Made by a program: the position numbers and the translations under genes. Shown one piece after another: positions 60,917-64,000 of a stretch of DNA of 64,000 nt (within the stretch, counting starts at the first letter, position 1; the number at the start of each line of letters is the position of its first letter). This stretch comes from Candidatus Kapaibacterium sp. (GTDB taxonomy: Bacteria; Bacteroidota; Ignavibacteria; Kapaibacteriales; UBA2268), in assembly GCA_963664875.1 (NCBI GenBank), contig OY761611.1, positions 3,136,001-3,200,000 on the forward strand, read 5' to 3'. The notes beneath the pieces are model-generated. The model saw only the letters and a list, made by a program, of their open reading frames with translations. It was not told where the DNA came from and made no database searches.

Positions 60917-63900
60917 TTATTTCACGAATGAAATAATGCCTGTTTGTGTGTTTTCGCCCGCTATGATAACATAGTAATAAGTTCCTGATTCAAGAATATT
61001 ACCACTATCTGAAGTGCCGTCCCAAGTAGTAGCATGCTTACCATTGGAAACAAATGAACTTTCCAAAGTTCTGACTTTTCTGCCGGCAACATCGAAGATT
61101 TCGATAGTTACATCTGTATCTTCTGTAGTAGTATATTCAATATTCAATACAGTGCTGAAAGGAGTAGGATATGATTTTGTTGTTATGCCTGACCAGTCAG
61201 ATACAAATTCTTCGCCTGCTTCAGCTTCTTTGAATAATTTTGAACCATCGTAAGTAAACAGAACATTAGGATTGTTGTTTACGTTCCAAAGTTTTGTTTT
61301 TGTTTTGCCGTTGTAAGTACATCTGAAATAGTAATATAAAGGAAGCATTTCCATTGTTTCAGGTGTTTGACCTGTCAAACCAAATGAAACATAGCTTGCA
61401 TAACCGTTTCTATAGATAGCAGTACCATTAAGAGGAGTATTGCTTCCATCAACAAGATTGAAAGACACTAAAACGGTTTGGAAATTAACTGCTTGATTAT
61501 TGGTTACGTTTTGTTGTTTTGTTTGAGTGTATCCTAAATATTTTGCTTTGAAGTAGTAAGAAAGTGGAAGCATTTCTAAAGTATCAGCAGATATGTTTGT
61601 TCCTAAAGAAACATAATTATAGTTTGCATCGCGATAATATAATTCCTCTGCTTCTAAAGGATTGCCTGTAGAATTAGCAAGAGATACGATAACCGGTTTT
61701 GTTTGGAATTCGATAGTTGCATCGTCAGCTGTGTTTTGGAACAATGGTTGACCAAATCCTAAATACGTAGCTTGGAAATAATAAGATAGAGGCAACATTT
61801 CCAAAGTATGATTATCAGCATTTTGAGCTATACTTACATAGTTTCCTTCTACATTTCTATACGCCAAATCTTCAGCAGCAAGCGGATTGCCATCAGAATC
61901 TTTTAAGCTTAGGTTAACTGCAATAGTTCCAAAATCAACTGTTTGTGCGTTTTTGACATTTTGAGTAACAGTTTGAGCAAATCCTAAATATTTTGCCTGG
62001 AAGTCAAAAGATAAAGGAAGCATTTCTATAGAAGCAGTAGAGGCATTAGTTGCCATTGGAATCAATGCACCTGTACCGTCTCTGTAAAGTAATTCGTCTG
62101 CTATCAAATCATTACCGTATGAATCTTTAAAGTTTACGGTTACTTCTTTAGTTTGATAAATTACAATAGGATCTCTATTAAACACGCCAAGTTTTGTTTC
62201 TGTTTTGCCGAGATGTGTCATTTTTACGTAAGTGTAGTATTGTGGTATATTGGCAGTGATATATCCAAATTGATTTGTATTTGCAGCAATATAAGATCCA
62301 TTTCTGATTTGAGCTACTTGGTCAGGGATAGGATTGTTTTTACTGTCAATCAATTTGACCATAATGTTATATCCGCTACAGTCACCTTGAGTCCAAGGGT
62401 AATAGTCAACGTTATCAGTAAGTTTGTCACCAACGCCACCAATATTAGAAGCTACTTCCGGACCGGAGCAATCACCCCACCAGTTGTTGATAGCAGAGAA
62501 TTGTTGAGTAGTTAAGTTGTTAATTGCATATTCACCAGTACCTGAGAATGAGTTGTTTACAACTGTAACATTTGATAAGTCTGCTTCTTTTTTTTCTGAG
62601 ACTCTAAATTTGATCGCATCAGAACCGCAATTAGTGAAGGTATTGTTGTTGACATTCATAGTACCAGTAAAATTATCATAAAGATAAATACCAGCTATAC
62701 CAATGTTTTCAAAAGTATTGTTTGACATTTTAACATCGTTGTTGGAAGCTGCGATTATGAAACCGCCTTGTTTCTGCCACCATTCAACTGCACCTTCACG
62801 GTCATTTTTAACAGTATTGCCTATAAAGTCACCATGAACACGATTAAAATTTACAGACCAAGCTTCATTTAATTCAAATACATTATCGATTACATCAACA
62901 TAATTTGTACCTGTTGACCAAACTGTTATACCATTTGAACACCAGTTGTTGTGGAAATAGTTATCAATTATGTCAAGATTTAGATCACCGTTATTACCAC
63001 TTACATACCAGTTACCATTAATAACCGAATAGCCATTTTGGAAAATATTATGTTCAAAAGTAAAATCGACATTGGCTTTGCCTAAGATTTCAACGAAACG
63101 TGATACATTGTAATCTCCTGTTTCATCATTATGTGGTTTTGAATCAACAAGATCAAATGTGAAACCTTTTACGATAACTGTGATATTGGGTGCAGTACAT
63201 TTGATAATTGGTTGAGTACTAGTAGTACTTACCGGTTTCAAATTAGCTTCAGCACCACGAGTATCTGTATTAGGACTCAAAATTGCATTAGGGCCTAAAA
63301 GAGTTAAAGATTTATCGATAGTTAAAAACTCATCGTAATCTCCTGCTTCTACTTCGATCATATCATTAGCATTAGCATCATTGATGGCTTCTTGAATTGT
63401 CCAATAATCAATATTTTGAGTTACATTGTGTACGTGCTTACCACCGTCACAGTTGCCACTTGCAAGCATAAAAGGAATATAGTTTATATCGCCGTTTAAC
63501 AATGCTTTTACTTCTGATTCCAAATCTGTACTAAAGTAATTACAACCGGTTGCATCTACTTCAGGAGCTGTAGAAGTAATAGCATAATTGTTATTTGTGA
63601 ATGTACAACCACTTACTGTTACATCACTAACGTCGTTAGCATCATAACCTACTGCGATACCTGTAGTACATCCTGTAATTGTAGTTCCGGTGATAGTTGC
63701 TTCAGTGCCTGCACCAAAATATGTAGTAACTAAGATACCGGCAGAAGTAGAGCCGTCAGTGGAAGCAACTGCACTATTGCCATCTATTGTACAATTTGTT
63801 ACAGTACCTTTACCGCCACCTCCAAATTCGATTGCGTAATCTAAAGCATCAACAGTTGCTTTACCTTGGTAAGTACAATTTTCAATTGTAGCTGTTGGAG

Positions 63901-64000
63901 CATTAGGCATTTTGCCGCCTCTGACATGGATACCGACGCGTTGAATATCACTGAATTCGCAATTTGTAACTGAGTTGTTGTCTCCTGTTAGGAATTGAAC
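60917..64000 (-). CDS. Large secreted beta-helix (pectin-lyase-like) protein with 75-aa repeats and FlgD/T9SS CTD (5' truncated)
   Basis: Frame stays open to 64000; TIQEAINDA, NNWWG motifs; EMLPL repeats every 225 bp; YPTPF..WDG CTD. Confidence 0.82.
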   Translation of the reverse strand, partial: VQFLTGDNNSVTNCEFSDIQRVGIHVRGGKMPNAPTATIENCTYQGKATVDALDYAIEFGGGGKGTVTNCTIDGNSAVASTDGSTSAGILVTTYFGAGTEATITGTTITGCTTGIAVGYDANDVSDVTVSGCTFTNNNYAITSTAPEVDATGCNYFSTDLESEVKALLNGDINYIPFMLASGNCDGGKHVHNVTQNIDYWTIQEAINDANANDMIEVEAGDYDEFLTIDKSLTLLGPNAILSPNTDTRGAEANLKPVSTTSTQPIIKCTAPNITVIVKGFTFDLVDSKPHNDETGDYNVSRFVEILGKANVDFTFEHNIFQNGYSVINGNWYVSGNNGDLNLDIIDNYFHNNWCSNGITVWSTGTNYVDVIDNVFELNEAWSVNFNRVHGDFIGNTVKNDREGAVEWWQKQGGFIIAASNNDVKMSNNTFENIGIAGIYLYDNFTGTMNVNNNTFTNCGSDAIKFRVSEKKEADLSNVTVVNNSFSGTGEYAINNLTTQQFSAINNWWGDCSGPEVASNIGGVGDKLTDNVDYYPWTQGDCSGYNIMVKLIDSKNNPIPDQVAQIRNGSYIAANTNQFGYITANIPQYYTYVKMTHLGKTETKLGVFNRDPIVIYQTKEVTVNFKDSYGNDLIADELLYRDGTGALIPMATNASTASIEMLPLSFDFQAKYLGFAQTVTQNVKNAQTVDFGTIAVNLSLKDSDGNPLAAEDLAYRNVEGNYVSIAQNADNHTLEMLPLSYYFQATYLGFGQPLFQNTADDATIEFQTKPVIVSLANSTGNPLEAEELYYRDANYNYVSLGTNISADTLEMLPLSYYFKAKYLGYTQTKQQNVTNNQAVNFQTVLVSFNLVDGSNTPLNGTAIYRNGYASYVSFGLTGQTPETMEMLPLYYYFRCTYNGKTKTKLWNVNNNPNVLFTYDGSKLFKEAEAGEEFVSDWSGITTKSYPTPFSTVLNIEYTTTEDTDVTIEIFDVAGRKVRTLESSFVSNGKHATTWDGTSDSGNILESGTYYYVIIAGENTQTGIISFVK

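Overview
AT-rich chromosomal window of an FCB-group bacterium, most like Candidatus Kapabacteria or Ignavibacteria. Support: a short Bacteroidota/Chlorobi-type primary sigma factor, TTTG-N20-TAnnTTTG promoters, several T9SS-CTD secreted proteins and a eukaryote-type GlyQS. The content is mostly housekeeping (folP, pepA, pbpC, xerC, rpmE, rpsR, korAB, comEC, pgeF, lipA, rpoD, glyQS, tpl, era, rsmI, ade, rimO, nhaA), plus two TonB receptors and four secreted T9SS cargo proteins. I found no tRNA, rRNA, CRISPR array, prophage or transposase. Most notable: (1) an intact TatD reads in frame, without a stop, into a Sec signal peptide and an outer-membrane beta-barrel, with an internal SD+ATG; (2) a ~790-bp non-coding composite element occurs twice plus one fragment, built from nested REP-like hairpins and a perfect intrastrand-triplex motif; (3) a CruR/CutF-like (DUF2946-type) His/CxxC uORF ending in KDPP lies upstream of a probable metal TonB receptor, with a nested-palindrome MITE inserted between them; (4) RsmI has an 8x16-aa Arg/Asp repeat tail varying only synonymously; (5) a 55-aa bL38-like gene missing from the ORF track heads an unusual operon with Cys-poor L31 and S18; (6) a candidate small RNA lies downstream of xerC. 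All calls come from motif recognition by eye; no searches were run.
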